Of a DNA stretch of 64,000 bases, positions 47,343 to 58,483 are shown piece after piece. The stretch covers positions 4,096,001 through 4,160,000 of the forward strand of contig OZ244653.1 of assembly GCA_965218795.1 (NCBI GenBank). The letters run 5' to 3'. A program made the position numbers and the translations under genes. Positions within the stretch are counted from its first letter, which is position 1. Every line of letters begins with the position of its first letter. The notes under the pieces are model-generated. The model was not told where the DNA came from, did no database searches, and worked only from the letters and a program-made list of their open reading frames with translations. The DNA is from a bacterium (GTDB taxonomy: Bacteria; UBA8248; JACPRG01; G963555815).

Positions 47343-48359
47343 ATGATCGTTGTCATGAAAGCGGGTGCCACCCGCGAAAAGATCGACGCAGTGGTGAAGC
47401 GTATCGAAGAAATGAGTTACCGGTCACACATCATTGAGGGCGTGGAGCGCACGGTCATCGGTGCGGTCGGCGACGAGCGCGGAAAGAGCCGGCTTCAGGT
47501 GCTGGATGCGATGGAAGGGGTCGAAAACGTCGTCCCGATCCTCAAGCCCTACAAGCTGGCCTCGACTCAGGTCCATCCGGATCGGTCCGTCATCAGCGTC
47601 GACGGGGCGTCCGTGGGCGGAGAACAGATCGGGGTCATAGCCGGTCCGTGTTCGGTTGAGAACCGGGGTCAGATCCTGCAGATCGCCCGCGAGATCAAGA
47701 GTGGGGGTGCCACCATGCTGCGCGGGGGCGCATTCAAACCGCGTACTTCACCCTACAGTTTCCAGGGACTGGGGGAGGAGGGTCTGCAGTACCTCGCCGA
47801 GGCCCGCGAAGAGACCGGCCTCCCCATTGTGACCGAGGTGATGAACCCGGAGGACGTGGACCTTGTTGAGCGTTACGCCGACGTCTGTCAAATCGGGGCG
47901 CGAAATGTTCAGAACTTCTCGCTGCTGAAGCGCGTTGGCCAGGCTTCAAAGCCCGTGTTTCTGAAGCGGGGGATGATGACCACGCTGGAAGAGTTCCTGA
48001 TGTCGGCCGAGTACGTCCTCTCCGAGGGCAATCCCCGGGTCATCCTGTGCGAACGGGGCATCCGGACGTTTGAGACCGCCACGAGAAATACCCTGGACAT
48101 CTCGGCGGTTCCGGTCCTTCAGGCGGAGACCCACCTCCCCGTTTTCGTGGACCCGAGCCACGCCTGCGGCAATTGGCGTCTGGTGAATACGCTGGCGCGC
48201 GCGGCCGTCGCCGTGGGGGCGGACGGTTTGATGATTGAGGTGCACGCCAATCCGGCCGAAGCCATGTCCGACGGCGGGCAGTCGCTCAAGCCCAAAAAGT
48301 TCGCCCAGCTCATGAAGGACCTGGTGCCGTTCGTCGCGGCCGCGGGCCGTTCGTTGTAG
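47343..48359 (+). CDS. aroF: 3-deoxy-7-phosphoheptulonate (DAHP) synthase, type I-beta with an N-terminal regulatory domain
   Basis: IAGPCSVE, RGGAFKPRTSPYSFQG, IGARN, CERGIRTFE, DPSH. Confidence 0.95.
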   Translation: MIVVMKAGATREKIDAVVKRIEEMSYRSHIIEGVERTVIGAVGDERGKSRLQVLDAMEGVENVVPILKPYKLASTQVHPDRSVISVDGASVGGEQIGVIAGPCSVENRGQILQIAREIKSGGATMLRGGAFKPRTSPYSFQGLGEEGLQYLAEAREETGLPIVTEVMNPEDVDLVERYADVCQIGARNVQNFSLLKRVGQASKPVFLKRGMMTTLEEFLMSAEYVLSEGNPRVILCERGIRTFETATRNTLDISAVPVLQAETHLPVFVDPSHACGNWRLVNTLARAAVAVGADGLMIEVHANPAEAMSDGGQSLKPKKFAQLMKDLVPFVAAAGRSL

Positions 48360-48477
48360 CCCGCTCCCTCCAGGTCGCGTCATGCGGAGGGCCGCCGGAC
48401 CGGTCGGAGGAGGATCGAGCCGAGGCTTGGCCGTCAACGCACCTTGAGCCGTTCCGCAAATCAGTGGTGTCCTTGCG

Positions 48478-50517
48478 ATGGCAGAACCCACCTACGGCGA
48501 GCGCCTCGCGCAAGAGCTGTTCGGCTCTGAAGGGCGCTTGGCCCGCTCCCTCCCGGAGTATGAGCACCGGCCCTCGCAGGTGGAGATGGCTGCGGCGGTG
48601 GCCGACGTGCTGAAGGAGGGGGGGCGTCTCCTCGTCGAGGCGGGAACGGGAACCGGCAAGACGCTCGCCTGCCTGGGACCCGCGGTTCTGCTGGGCCAAC
48701 GGGTGATCATCTCCACGGGAACCCGGACCCTCCAGGACCAAATCCTTCACAAAGACCTTCCGATCCTCGAGACATGCCTGGGTCAGACATTTCGGGTGCG
48801 CATCCTGAAGGGCCGGAATAACTACCTCTGCCCCCGACGGTACCGGCAGTTTCTGCAAAACCCGACCTTCCGGGAACGGGAGGAGGCCCGGCTGTTCCAA
48901 AAGGTCCGCATTTGGTCGGAGAAAACGGTGACGGGAGACAGGGCCGAAGCACCGGGGGTGCCGGAGGATTTTGGGGTCTGGCGTGACATTTGCTGCGCCG
49001 TCGAGTCGTGCAGTCCCTCCCTGTGCTCGGAGTTCGGCGAGCCCTTCATCCAGCGCGCCCGGCAGGAAGCCGCGGCGTCCGACGTTGTCATTGTGAACCA
49101 CCACCTCTTTTTTTCCGACCTCAATCTCCGACTTCGCGGCGGAGAAAATTTCCCCGGCGGAATCCTTCCCTCGTACGCCGCCGTTATCTTCGATGAGGCC
49201 CACGCCCTCGAGGACACCGCCACGGATTATTTCGGGTTCACCGTCAGCCGCGCCCGTCTCGACGATTTGGCCCGGGATGCCCTGCGCGAATCCGCCGGTC
49301 ACGGGGACGAGATCGCCGACGCCCTGGCCCCGCTTGCCAGGTACTCGGATCGGTTTTTCTCCTCCCTGCCGGGCGTTGCTCCCCTCTTGGAGACAGCTGC
49401 GAGGCGGGGTGGGAGAGCCGGCGGCGGCGCAACTGCGAAGAGACCACCGCAAGGAGAGGAGGCGGCAGAGCGCCGCCGTCTCCGCGGCGAAGAGGTCTCC
49501 GCTGCGTTGTCGGATGCGTCGGAATCGCTGGTCGCCGGGCTGAGGACGCTGGGGCGCACGACGGAGCAAGCCGGCCCTGAGGGCTTGAAGGGCATCGCCC
49601 GCCGGGCGGCGGACATCGCTTCGGAGATCGAATTCATGATGCGGATGGAGGATTCGGCCTACATCAGCTGGATCCAGGTGAGGGGACGGGGGGTTTCGGT
49701 GTCTGCCTCCCCTGTCGATGTGAGCGGCATCCTGAGGGAAGAATTGTTCGACCGGGTCCGGGGGGTGGTGCTGACGTCGGCGACGCTGAGCTCCGGGAAC
49801 TCGTTCGATTATATTCGGGCCCGGCTCGGCCTGGACCGCGTCGCCGAGCTCAACCTCTCCTCGCCGTTCGACCATGCCCGACAGGCTGCTTTGTTTGTCC
49901 CCCGGATGTCCGTCAATCCGAACACCCGGGAATGGACGGATGCCATCTGCCCTCTCATCGAGTCGCTGCTGGAACTTTGCAAGGGCCGTGCGTTCGTCCT
50001 GTTCACGAGTTATCGAAACATGCGATCCGTCCACGCCCGGTTGGAGGACCGCATCCCGCACCGGGTCTTGATCCAGGGCGAAGCCTCACGTGCGCTGCTG
50101 CTCGACGAATTCCGCCGTGACCGCTCCTCCGTTCTGTTCGCCACGGCCAGCTTCTGGCAGGGGGTGGATGTGCAGGGGGACGCCCTGAGCTGCGTCATTA
50201 TCGACAAGCTGCCATTTTCCAGCCCGGGCGATCCGCTGGTGGAAGCCCGGTCCGAAGCCATCGCCGCCGAGGGGGAGGACGCTTTCCTGACGTACCAAGT
50301 GCCCCGGGCGGTCCTTACGCTGAAGCAAGGACTCGGCCGACTCATTCGAAGCCGGGAAGACCGGGGGATCCTCGCGGTTTTGGATTCCCGCCTCCACACC
50401 CGTCCCTATGGCCGCACCTTCCTGGAGGGCCTGCCGCCCTGGCCGGTGGTGGAGAGCCCGGAAGCGCTGGCTGAAGCCGCGCGTATGGTGTTCGGCATAG
50501 AGGGGCGGAAGGGCTGA
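48478..50517 (+). CDS. DinG/YoaA-family Fe-S helicase
   Basis: EAGTGTGKT, KGRNNYLC, DEAH, TSATL, FWQGVD, KQGLGRLIR. Confidence 0.93.
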   Translation: MAEPTYGERLAQELFGSEGRLARSLPEYEHRPSQVEMAAAVADVLKEGGRLLVEAGTGTGKTLACLGPAVLLGQRVIISTGTRTLQDQILHKDLPILETCLGQTFRVRILKGRNNYLCPRRYRQFLQNPTFREREEARLFQKVRIWSEKTVTGDRAEAPGVPEDFGVWRDICCAVESCSPSLCSEFGEPFIQRARQEAAASDVVIVNHHLFFSDLNLRLRGGENFPGGILPSYAAVIFDEAHALEDTATDYFGFTVSRARLDDLARDALRESAGHGDEIADALAPLARYSDRFFSSLPGVAPLLETAARRGGRAGGGATAKRPPQGEEAAERRRLRGEEVSAALSDASESLVAGLRTLGRTTEQAGPEGLKGIARRAADIASEIEFMMRMEDSAYISWIQVRGRGVSVSASPVDVSGILREELFDRVRGVVLTSATLSSGNSFDYIRARLGLDRVAELNLSSPFDHARQAALFVPRMSVNPNTREWTDAICPLIESLLELCKGRAFVLFTSYRNMRSVHARLEDRIPHRVLIQGEASRALLLDEFRRDRSSVLFATASFWQGVDVQGDALSCVIIDKLPFSSPGDPLVEARSEAIAAEGEDAFLTYQVPRAVLTLKQGLGRLIRSREDRGILAVLDSRLHTRPYGRTFLEGLPPWPVVESPEALAEAARMVFGIEGRKG

Positions 50518-50519
50518 CC

Positions 50520-51410
50520 GTGGCGTTGCTCATGTTGTTCATTGACGGAGTCGGCATCGGAGATCCCGGGGAAGGAAATCCATTTTCGCGGGGGAGTTGG
50601 TCCGTCCTGAGTCCCTTGAGCGGAGATGGGGTCGAGGTCCCATATGGAGGCCGGATGGTCCCCCTCGACGCTACCCTCGGGGTTCCGGGGTTGCCTCAGA
50701 GCGCGACCGGGCAGACCTCGCTCCTGACCGGCGTCAACGCCCAAGCCCTGCTCGGCAAACACCTGAACGGCTTTCCGAACGCGAAGCTCCAGGAGGTCAT
50801 CGGAGGGCATGGGCCTCTCCGCCGCGCATCTTCCTTCGGCAAGACGGCCTTCGAGAACGCCTACGCGCCCCGATTCTTCATTCCCAGAGAGAGACTTCCC
50901 AAAAGAGAACGGCCTCGGCATTCCGTCACCACGGTGGCCGCACGCACGGCCGACATCCCGCTAAAGACGTTGGAGGATCTGCGGGCCGGCGGCGCGGTGT
51001 TCCATGATTTCACGAACCGGGTCTTGACCGAGCATGGGCATGAGGCGCCCATGCTGGAACCCTTCGAAGCCGGCGGACGACTGGCCCGAATCGCGGCGGA
51101 CCACCATCTCCTGCTGTACGAGCACTTCCTGACCGACATTGCCGGACATACCGCCGATGTCGAACAGGGGTTGGTACGCGTGAGTCTTCTGGATGGTTTC
51201 CTCACAGGCGTTCTGGAGACCATCGATCTGAAGAGCCAGACAGTCTTGATGACCAGCGACCACGGCAATCTGGAGGATTACGCGACGCGCTCGCATACCA
51301 GAAACCCCGTCCCGGCTTTCCTTTGGGGCTCGGGGGCGGGAACCCTGGCTCGCGGGCTTCAAACCATCGCGGACGTGACCCCCGCCGTCCTCAGATGGCT
51401 GGGTGGGTGA
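50520..51410 (+). CDS. Alkaline-phosphatase-superfamily metalloenzyme (iPGM-like)
   Basis: FIDGVG, PQSATGQT, D.AGH, TSDHGN, HT.NPVP. Confidence 0.85.
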   Translation: MALLMLFIDGVGIGDPGEGNPFSRGSWSVLSPLSGDGVEVPYGGRMVPLDATLGVPGLPQSATGQTSLLTGVNAQALLGKHLNGFPNAKLQEVIGGHGPLRRASSFGKTAFENAYAPRFFIPRERLPKRERPRHSVTTVAARTADIPLKTLEDLRAGGAVFHDFTNRVLTEHGHEAPMLEPFEAGGRLARIAADHHLLLYEHFLTDIAGHTADVEQGLVRVSLLDGFLTGVLETIDLKSQTVLMTSDHGNLEDYATRSHTRNPVPAFLWGSGAGTLARGLQTIADVTPAVLRWLGG

Positions 51411-51663
51411 CCGGACCAGACCGTGTCCGACTGGATATGTTTCCGGACGAGTCTTTTCCAGAAAAGCATTTTCTCGTCATTTCCCTCCGCTCAAGGGCAA
51501 TCCCATCATGGGAGCATTAACTAAAACTAATGAACTTTATTGGACTTTCGGTTTCAGGATGTTGTAGATTTTCATAATTAGTGAGTATTTTATCTTATCC
51601 TTGATCTTGTATGCAGCAGGGGTGTCTGAACCCCGTCCGGCAGGTCTGAGTGCGGTGAGGCGC

Positions 51664-52953
51664 ATGAGTGACAAGGAAAATCAGTTGACCGAACAGCCCG
51701 GCCAATTGAAGTTGGAAAAGCATGGGGAACCATCCCTGGAGTTCGTAGAAAACGCGGGGGAGGAATTTCCCTCCAGCGTTGATTCAGAAAAAATTCCTTC
51801 CGCCCTGACGGCAGGCGAATCGGCCGAAAAAAGTCCCGGACAGGCACATGATTCGGTCGTTGTGGCTGAAACCGGAAAGATGCCTCCCGCTGAGGATCTT
51901 CCGCAGACGGAGCCGGCCGCCACTTCGGCTGGACCTACCTTCCAGGGATCTCCCGACTCAGATTCCATGAGTCTGGGCGAATACCTTCGGCATCACCGGG
52001 AGGCCGCCGGCCGATCCTTCGAGCAACTCTCGGCCACGACCCGGATTTCGGTACGCGTCATCCAGGCCGTTGAAGAGGAGCGGTTTGAAGAGACCCCCTC
52101 GGCCCCTGTGGTTCGGGGGTTTTTGAAGCTCCTGGCCGAAGAGATCGGGGTTCGTCCGGCGGACTTGTTGTCCAGGTTCGACGTGGCGGGTGTGAAGGAG
52201 GAGGAGGTTCAGGTATTCCCGGATTGGTGCAATCAGCTCAAGTCGCCGCGTAGTCGTTTCGGGGGTTGGGCGCCGGCCGCCGCCTTCATCCTGTTGGTTC
52301 TTGGCATCAGCTATTTCTACATTACGGACAGTTGGAGCCCGGGACCGAATAAGACCGTCCAGTCGCCTGAAGAGGACAAGGCAAAAAAGGCGTCCGACCC
52401 GGTTGTCCCCGAAACCCTTGGGGTCGAGGTCGCCATGAAGACCGAACCCGGAAGTCCGGCGTCGCCTCCATCGAGTGAGAGGCCGGCCGAAACAGAACGG
52501 GTTAAGAATCAGGATGGAGGGGTGATTGACCGGGCTTCTGCCGAAACGCAGCGGTCCATTGACGCTCCGGTTTCTCCGGAAACGAAACTTCCCGGGCAGC
52601 CCGAGAAGGCCGAGGTTTCCGGGATGAACGGCGCGAATTTCAGGGAAACGGCAGAGGATTCCAAGGTCAGGATGTCTCTCAATCGGGGGACGACGGCCTC
52701 CTCTCCGCTGATGCTCAACATCACGGCGAAAGAAGACACCTGGCTGCGCGTCATCGTGGACGGCAAGCAGCGTGACGAAATCTTTCTACTGGAGGGCGAG
52801 AGCCGGAAATGGCAAGGCGACAAGATCTTTGTGTTGACGATCGGGAACGCCGCCAGTACGCGCGTTGAACTCAACGGCTCATCCATTAAGCTTCCCCAAA
52901 CGGAAAGCAACTTCGTCCATGATTTTCTGATCAGCAAAAACAATCTTCCCTGA
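51664..52953 (+). CDS. rodZ: RodZ-like protein (HTH, TM helix, C-terminal periplasmic domain)
   Basis: SLGEYLR..RE, RGFLK, single TM helix, W.RV..DG, IGNA; start uncertain. Confidence 0.8.
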   Translation: MSDKENQLTEQPGQLKLEKHGEPSLEFVENAGEEFPSSVDSEKIPSALTAGESAEKSPGQAHDSVVVAETGKMPPAEDLPQTEPAATSAGPTFQGSPDSDSMSLGEYLRHHREAAGRSFEQLSATTRISVRVIQAVEEERFEETPSAPVVRGFLKLLAEEIGVRPADLLSRFDVAGVKEEEVQVFPDWCNQLKSPRSRFGGWAPAAAFILLVLGISYFYITDSWSPGPNKTVQSPEEDKAKKASDPVVPETLGVEVAMKTEPGSPASPPSSERPAETERVKNQDGGVIDRASAETQRSIDAPVSPETKLPGQPEKAEVSGMNGANFRETAEDSKVRMSLNRGTTASSPLMLNITAKEDTWLRVIVDGKQRDEIFLLEGESRKWQGDKIFVLTIGNAASTRVELNGSSIKLPQTESNFVHDFLISKNNLP

Positions 52954-52962
52954 AATTCATCC

Positions 52963-53844
52963 ATGCCACCCTTGGAAAAAACCTTGGGGGTCTTGGGTTT
53001 CCCTCTGGGTCATTCGCTCTCGCCGTTGATGGTGAATACGGCGCTTGAGGAATTGAGGCTGCCCTATCGGCTTCAGGCTTTCGAGGTTTGTCCCGATGGC
53101 CTGGAAGACGCGGTGCGCGGAATCCGTGCCCTGGGAATCCACGGCGTCGCCCTGACTATCCCCCATAAAGAAGCGGTCATCCCTTTTCTGGACGAGTTGA
53201 GTCCCGACGCTCGCCGATTCGGAGCCGTCAATCTGATTGAGCGGCGTGGCGATCGGCTGATCGGCCATAACACCGATGGGGCGGGTTTTGTCCGGTCCCT
53301 TCGGGAGGAGGGCGGTATCGAACCGGCGGGCGGTGATTTTCTCATTCTGGGAGCAGGTGGCGCCGCCCGGGGCATTGCTTCCGAACTCGCGGCCAGAGGG
53401 GCTTCGCGGCTGGTCATCGCCAACCGGACGCTGAGCCGCGCCGTAACCCTGGCAAAGTCGATTCGGAAAATCTCTCAATCCGTCCAGGTCGATGCCGTCC
53501 CTCTCGATAGCGAAGAAGTCGAAACGGCGGCGCCGGCTCTGGATGCCGTGATTCAATGTACCTCGGTGGGGCTGGGCGACCATGACGGCGAAGGGGCAAA
53601 TCTTCCGCTCCGGCCTGATTGCCTCCGGCCCGAGCAGGTTGTGATAGACATTGTGTATCGGCCCTTGGATACGCCCTTCATCAAAGCTGCGCGCGCCCGC
53701 GGGGCGAAAGTTGTCGGCGGACTCGGGATGCTCGTGTTTCAGGGGGCTGAGAACTTCAGGATATGGACCGGTGCGGAGATGCCGATTGAAAAGGTCCGGC
53801 GGGTGATGGAAGCGGCGTTGGTCGAAGAAAGAGGGGGCGGATGA
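52963..53844 (+). CDS. aroE: Shikimate dehydrogenase
   Basis: HSLSP, TIPHK, GAVN, HNTD, GAGGAA, DIVY.P, GLGMLV.Q. Confidence 0.95.
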   Translation: MPPLEKTLGVLGFPLGHSLSPLMVNTALEELRLPYRLQAFEVCPDGLEDAVRGIRALGIHGVALTIPHKEAVIPFLDELSPDARRFGAVNLIERRGDRLIGHNTDGAGFVRSLREEGGIEPAGGDFLILGAGGAARGIASELAARGASRLVIANRTLSRAVTLAKSIRKISQSVQVDAVPLDSEEVETAAPALDAVIQCTSVGLGDHDGEGANLPLRPDCLRPEQVVIDIVYRPLDTPFIKAARARGAKVVGGLGMLVFQGAENFRIWTGAEMPIEKVRRVMEAALVEERGGG

Positions 53845-56800
53845 TGGAGCCATCCCCGATCGGTTCTTTGGAGTCTGCGAGGACCGTATCCTGGACGCGC
53901 CTTGATCCGGAGGCGGCACGAATCCGAATCAGCGGTACGACCGAGGCGGCAAGGGCCTTTGTTCTCGCCTCCATGGCGCAAGAACGGAGCCGCATGGGCT
54001 TAGGGGGGCCGATCGTGATCGTGGCCCCCACCGAAGACGGCGCGCGGCGTCTCTATCAGGATCTCCGGTTTTTCGCGGATCCAATCGTGTTCCGCGTCCT
54101 TTACTTTCCGTCCTGGAATCTGTGGCCCCTCGAGCCGCTTTCGCCCGATCCACGGACCGTGGGAGACAGGCTTTCCTGCCTTACGGCCTGGTCCCGAGGG
54201 GAGGATTGTCTGACCGTCACGACCGTCGACGCTCTCTGCCGGAAGACGATTCCCTCCGGGGAGATCCTCCGTAGTGTTCTCCATCTCTCTCCCGGCGATC
54301 ATCTGGATCGGGACGAGTTGCTGGATGACTTGATCCGGGCCGGTTACCAACGAAGCACAGTGGTGGAAGATGAAGGAGAGTACGCCGTTCGCGGGGCTCT
54401 GTTGGATGCATTTCCGCCCCAGATGGAAAACCCCGTTCGTATCGAGTTTGACGAAGAAGGCGTCTCTTCCCTCCGCGGTTTCCAGGTGGGGGATCAATGT
54501 TCGGTGGGCCGAATGGAATCGGTGGAGATCCTTCCCGCCCGAGAGGTGATCCTGAGCCGCGAGGACTCGATGGGTTTTGCCGCCCGGCTGCGGGACTGGG
54601 CAGCCACCCGCGAATCAGGTGAACGGGGTCGGCTTGAGCTGTTGGCCGATCGACTCGAAGAGGAGGGTCATTACCCGGGGTTTGAGATGTTTCTGCCGAT
54701 GTTTCGCCCGGACCTGGTCGCCGGAGTGGATCTGCTTCCGCCCGAGGTCATGGTTGCGGTTGACGAGCCCGACCAGCTTGCCGAGGCCGATGCAGCCCGC
54801 TGGGACAGCCTTCAGGAATGGGCCGATGCGGGCGCCGTGGACGCCTTGCCCTTCGCTCTGGAGGATTTCTCTCTGCCCCCGGGAGAGGTCTTCGGAAAAC
54901 TCGTGGGCCGAGCAGTTCCGGGGAGCCCCCTGGTCGAGCTGTCTTCGCTCGGCATGGCAGGTCCGGAGCAGGACGGTGACGTTGCCCACATTCGCCTGTC
55001 CGCCGGATACCCGGGTTCCTTCCAGGGGCAGGTGCCCGCATTCGTGCGTCAGCTGAGAAATTGGCTGGACAAGGGAATGAAGGCCGCCGTGGTCGCAGTT
55101 CATCGGACCCAGGCCCTGCGGCTGGAGCAGCTCCTTCAGGAGTTCGAATTGGGCGCGCCCATCCTGGAGGGCGGCGAGGGCGCCCGCTGGTTTTCATCGG
55201 AACCGGATGAATCGAAGCTCGCCATTCTCGTCGGAAGACTTTCCGAAGGATTCTCCAGCGAAGACCTGGGTCGGGTGGCCATCCGCGAAGAGGAGGTTTT
55301 TTACGCGCCCGTCCGGCGGCGCGCTGCGCCCACCCGCCGAAGGCGGGCGTTCGAAGCCTCCTTTCGTAACCTGGAGTCGGGCGACTACGTCGTCCACCGG
55401 GATTACGGCATCGGTGTGTATTTGGGAGTGGAACGAATCGGTCTGGCGACGGAAGAGCGCGAATTCCTGGCCGTGGAGTATCTCGGCGGAGACAAGCTTT
55501 TTGTGCCGATGGAAAACCTCAACCTCGTTCAGAAGTACATGGGGTCCGGTCAAGGCTCGCCGAAGATCGACAAGCTGGGCGGCACGGGGTGGACCCGGAC
55601 CAAGAAGAAGACCCAGGCCGCAATCCTCGAGATGGCCGGAAAGTTGATGAAGGTGGCCGCCAAGCGCCAGGTTTCACAAGGGTTCGCCTTCTCGGCGGAT
55701 GACCATTGGAACCGCGAATTCGCTGACGCTTTCCCGTATGAAGAGACGCCCGACCAGTTGCAGGTTATCCAGGAGGTGACCGCGGACATGGAGAAGGCCC
55801 GTCCCATGGATCGCCTGGTGTGCGGAGACGTCGGGTACGGGAAGACGGAGGTCGCCTTGCGGGCGGCCTTCAAGTCTGTGATTGACAAAAAGCAGGTCGG
55901 CGTGGTCGCCCCGACGACCGTGTTGGCCGAGCAGCATCTCCTGACATTCCAGGAGCGTTTCTCCGACTATCCAGTGACCATCGAGTGTCTTACCCGGTTC
56001 CGAAAAAAGAGCGAGCAGAAGGAGATCATCGAGCGGCTGGGCGGAGGAGAAGTCGATATCCTCATCGGCACCCACCGCATTCTTCAATCGGATGTCAAGT
56101 TCCGGGATCTCGGACTCGTGGTCGTGGACGAAGAGCAGCGTTTCGGCGTGGCGCACAAAGAGCGCCTGAAGTCCCTTCGGTCCGCGATCGACATCCTCAC
56201 GCTGACGGCGACGCCCATCCCGCGAACGCTCCACATGGGTCTGCTGGGCCTGCGGGACCTCAGTGTGATCGGTACGCCTCCGCCCGACCGGCTGGCCGTT
56301 CGGACCTATGTGTGCCAGTTCGAAGACCGGATCATCCGAGAGGCGTTGACCCGCGAGATGGAAAGGGGCGGACAGGCCTTCTTCGTGCACCCCCGGGTGG
56401 AAACCATCGAAGCCACGGCCCGCTACCTGCACCGCCTTGTCCCGGGGTTGCGCTTGGCCATCGCGCATGGCCAGATGAGCGAGAAGCAGCTCCATAACGC
56501 CATGGTGGGTTTTCTGACGAAAAAATTGGATGTCCTTCTGTGTACGACCATCATTGAAAACGGGCTTGATATCCCCAACGCGAACACCATCCTGGTGAAC
56601 CGGGCCGAGATGTTCGGGCTTGCGCAGCTCTATCAGCTCCGCGGACGCGTGGGCCGGGCGGACCGGCAGGCGTACGCCTACTTTCTCGTGCAGGCCGGCC
56701 GAAGCCTGACGCAGACCGCGCGACGCCGACTCAAGGCTCTCGAAGACCTGAGCGATCTGGGATCGGGGTTCCGCCTCGCGGCCCAGGATATGGAAATCCG

Positions 56801-57386
56801 CGGGGCCGGGAATATCGTCGGCTCTGAGCAGTCCGGACAAATCGCCGCCGTGGGCTTCGACTTCTATTGCCGGATGCTGGAGATGGCGGTCGAAGAACTG
56901 AAGGGGGAAAGCGCCGTCGAGCGCAGGGAACCGGAGCTGTCTTTGGGGATCCGGGCCGTTTTGCCGGAAGATTATGTGTCCGGCCAGAACCAGCGGCTTG
57001 AGCTCTATCGTGAGATCGCCGACACCCGGACGGCGGGTGAGCTGGATGAGCTCGAAAGGGCCCTCGCCGACCGATATGGAAGCCTTCCGCCCGGTGCGAA
57101 GTCCCTCTTCTCCGTGGCGCGCATCCGAATCCTGGCAACCCGGGCCGGCGTAGAGAAGATCTCGGTTTCCGACGGTTGCGCCACCTTCCATCCGGAGGAT
57201 CGGCCGTACCATTTAACGCCGGAATTTTTGGCCATTCCCGGGCTCAAATTCTTGACCTCGACCACCTTCCAAGTGCCGATGCCCTCCGGCGAGCCGGACC
57301 GCTTCGAATGTCTGAGGAAGGTATTGATCGCGCTGGAGGACTGCGCTACGATCCCCGAGAACTCTGGAGACCCGAAAGACCCGTGA
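53841..57386 (+). CDS. mfd: Transcription-repair coupling factor
   Basis: GDYVVH..YGIG, PMDRLVCGDVGYGKTE, DEEQRFG, TATPIPRT, QLRGRVGR, D.EIRGAG. Confidence 0.97.
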   Translation: MMEPSPIGSLESARTVSWTRLDPEAARIRISGTTEAARAFVLASMAQERSRMGLGGPIVIVAPTEDGARRLYQDLRFFADPIVFRVLYFPSWNLWPLEPLSPDPRTVGDRLSCLTAWSRGEDCLTVTTVDALCRKTIPSGEILRSVLHLSPGDHLDRDELLDDLIRAGYQRSTVVEDEGEYAVRGALLDAFPPQMENPVRIEFDEEGVSSLRGFQVGDQCSVGRMESVEILPAREVILSREDSMGFAARLRDWAATRESGERGRLELLADRLEEEGHYPGFEMFLPMFRPDLVAGVDLLPPEVMVAVDEPDQLAEADAARWDSLQEWADAGAVDALPFALEDFSLPPGEVFGKLVGRAVPGSPLVELSSLGMAGPEQDGDVAHIRLSAGYPGSFQGQVPAFVRQLRNWLDKGMKAAVVAVHRTQALRLEQLLQEFELGAPILEGGEGARWFSSEPDESKLAILVGRLSEGFSSEDLGRVAIREEEVFYAPVRRRAAPTRRRRAFEASFRNLESGDYVVHRDYGIGVYLGVERIGLATEEREFLAVEYLGGDKLFVPMENLNLVQKYMGSGQGSPKIDKLGGTGWTRTKKKTQAAILEMAGKLMKVAAKRQVSQGFAFSADDHWNREFADAFPYEETPDQLQVIQEVTADMEKARPMDRLVCGDVGYGKTEVALRAAFKSVIDKKQVGVVAPTTVLAEQHLLTFQERFSDYPVTIECLTRFRKKSEQKEIIERLGGGEVDILIGTHRILQSDVKFRDLGLVVVDEEQRFGVAHKERLKSLRSAIDILTLTATPIPRTLHMGLLGLRDLSVIGTPPPDRLAVRTYVCQFEDRIIREALTREMERGGQAFFVHPRVETIEATARYLHRLVPGLRLAIAHGQMSEKQLHNAMVGFLTKKLDVLLCTTIIENGLDIPNANTILVNRAEMFGLAQLYQLRGRVGRADRQAYAYFLVQAGRSLTQTARRRLKALEDLSDLGSGFRLAAQDMEIRGAGNIVGSEQSGQIAAVGFDFYCRMLEMAVEELKGESAVERREPELSLGIRAVLPEDYVSGQNQRLELYREIADTRTAGELDELERALADRYGSLPPGAKSLFSVARIRILATRAGVEKISVSDGCATFHPEDRPYHLTPEFLAIPGLKFLTSTTFQVPMPSGEPDRFECLRKVLIALEDCATIPENSGDPKDP

Positions 57387-57508
57387 ACCCTTCAGATATT
57401 TCCGCAGAAACGGTTGTTTCACAATCGAGTCATCGCAAATACCCAAGAGGACGTTCTCATCCGAACGAGAACCCTTTCCATTGCGTGGCGGGGTGTACCT
57501 TGAAAGCG

Positions 57509-58483
57509 ATGGTTTTGAAAACGTTGGTCGTATTCGCGGCGCTCATCGCATGGGCCGCCACCGGAGGGCATATCGCCCACGCGACGGTCATCGATCGAAT
57601 TATTGCCGTGGTGAATCAGGACATTATTACGCTGAGCGAAGTCCAGGAGGCAGGAAGGCAGGAGTTCACCCGGCTCCAGTCCCAATATACGGGGAATCGG
57701 TTGAAACAGGAAATAGAGCAGGTACAGCGGAAATATCTGGACTTGATCATCGCGCGCCGCCTTCAGGTCAACCGGGCGAAGGAGATGGACCTGGCCGTGA
57801 GCGATTTGGAGACCGAGCGGGCTCTGGATGATGTGAAAGAGCGCAACGGCCTGTCCGACGACGAGTTGGAGCGCCTCCTGAAGCAGGAGGGCATCTCAAT
57901 GGAGGAGTACCGCGAGCGAATCAACGAAGAGATTCTGCTCCGGAAGGTGAGGAATATCGAAGTCCGCTCGCGCATCAGCGTGACGCCCCGCGAGATTCGG
58001 GACTTTTATGAAAAAAATATTTCCGAGTTCCTGCCGCCCGAACAATTACGCGCCAGTCACATTCTTTTCCTCACCCCGGTCGATGCGAACGACGACGTCG
58101 AGCGAACCAAGCGGTCCACGGCCGAGAGGGTCCTGGAAAAAATCCGGAAGGGCGCGAATTTCGCCGACATGGCCCGACAGTTCTCACAAGACCCCTCAGC
58201 ATCGAGGGACGGCGATTTGGGGGTGGTCAAGCGGGGGGAGGTTCTCCCGAACTTCGAACGGGTTCTGTTCGCGATGAAGGATGGAGAGGTGTCGGATGTC
58301 GTCCGAACCCGGGCCGGGTTTCACATCATCCAGCTGGTCAAACGGATGCCTCGAACCCCCAAACCCTTCTCGGAGGCGGAGGTGCAAATCCGGGACCGAC
58401 TGTTCCAGGAAAAGGCCAACACCCGATTTCGGCGCTGGATGGAAGATCTGAAAAAGAAGGCCTACATCGAGGTCACCATGTGA
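57509..58483 (+). CDS. surA: SurA-like parvulin peptidyl-prolyl isomerase
   Basis: Signal peptide, DRIIAVVNQDII, ASHIL, F...A..FS.D, GDLG, GFHII; start reassigned. Confidence 0.8.
   Translation: MVLKTLVVFAALIAWAATGGHIAHATVIDRIIAVVNQDIITLSEVQEAGRQEFTRLQSQYTGNRLKQEIEQVQRKYLDLIIARRLQVNRAKEMDLAVSDLETERALDDVKERNGLSDDELERLLKQEGISMEEYRERINEEILLRKVRNIEVRSRISVTPREIRDFYEKNISEFLPPEQLRASHILFLTPVDANDDVERTKRSTAERVLEKIRKGANFADMARQFSQDPSASRDGDLGVVKRGEVLPNFERVLFAMKDGEVSDVVRTRAGFHIIQLVKRMPRTPKPFSEAEVQIRDRLFQEKANTRFRRWMEDLKKKAYIEVTM

Noticed and set aside
51532-51558. Sigma-E-like promoter (GAACTT-N16-TCAGG) upstream of rodZ
   Set aside because: The -10 match is weak and the region is AT-rich; not distinguishable from chance
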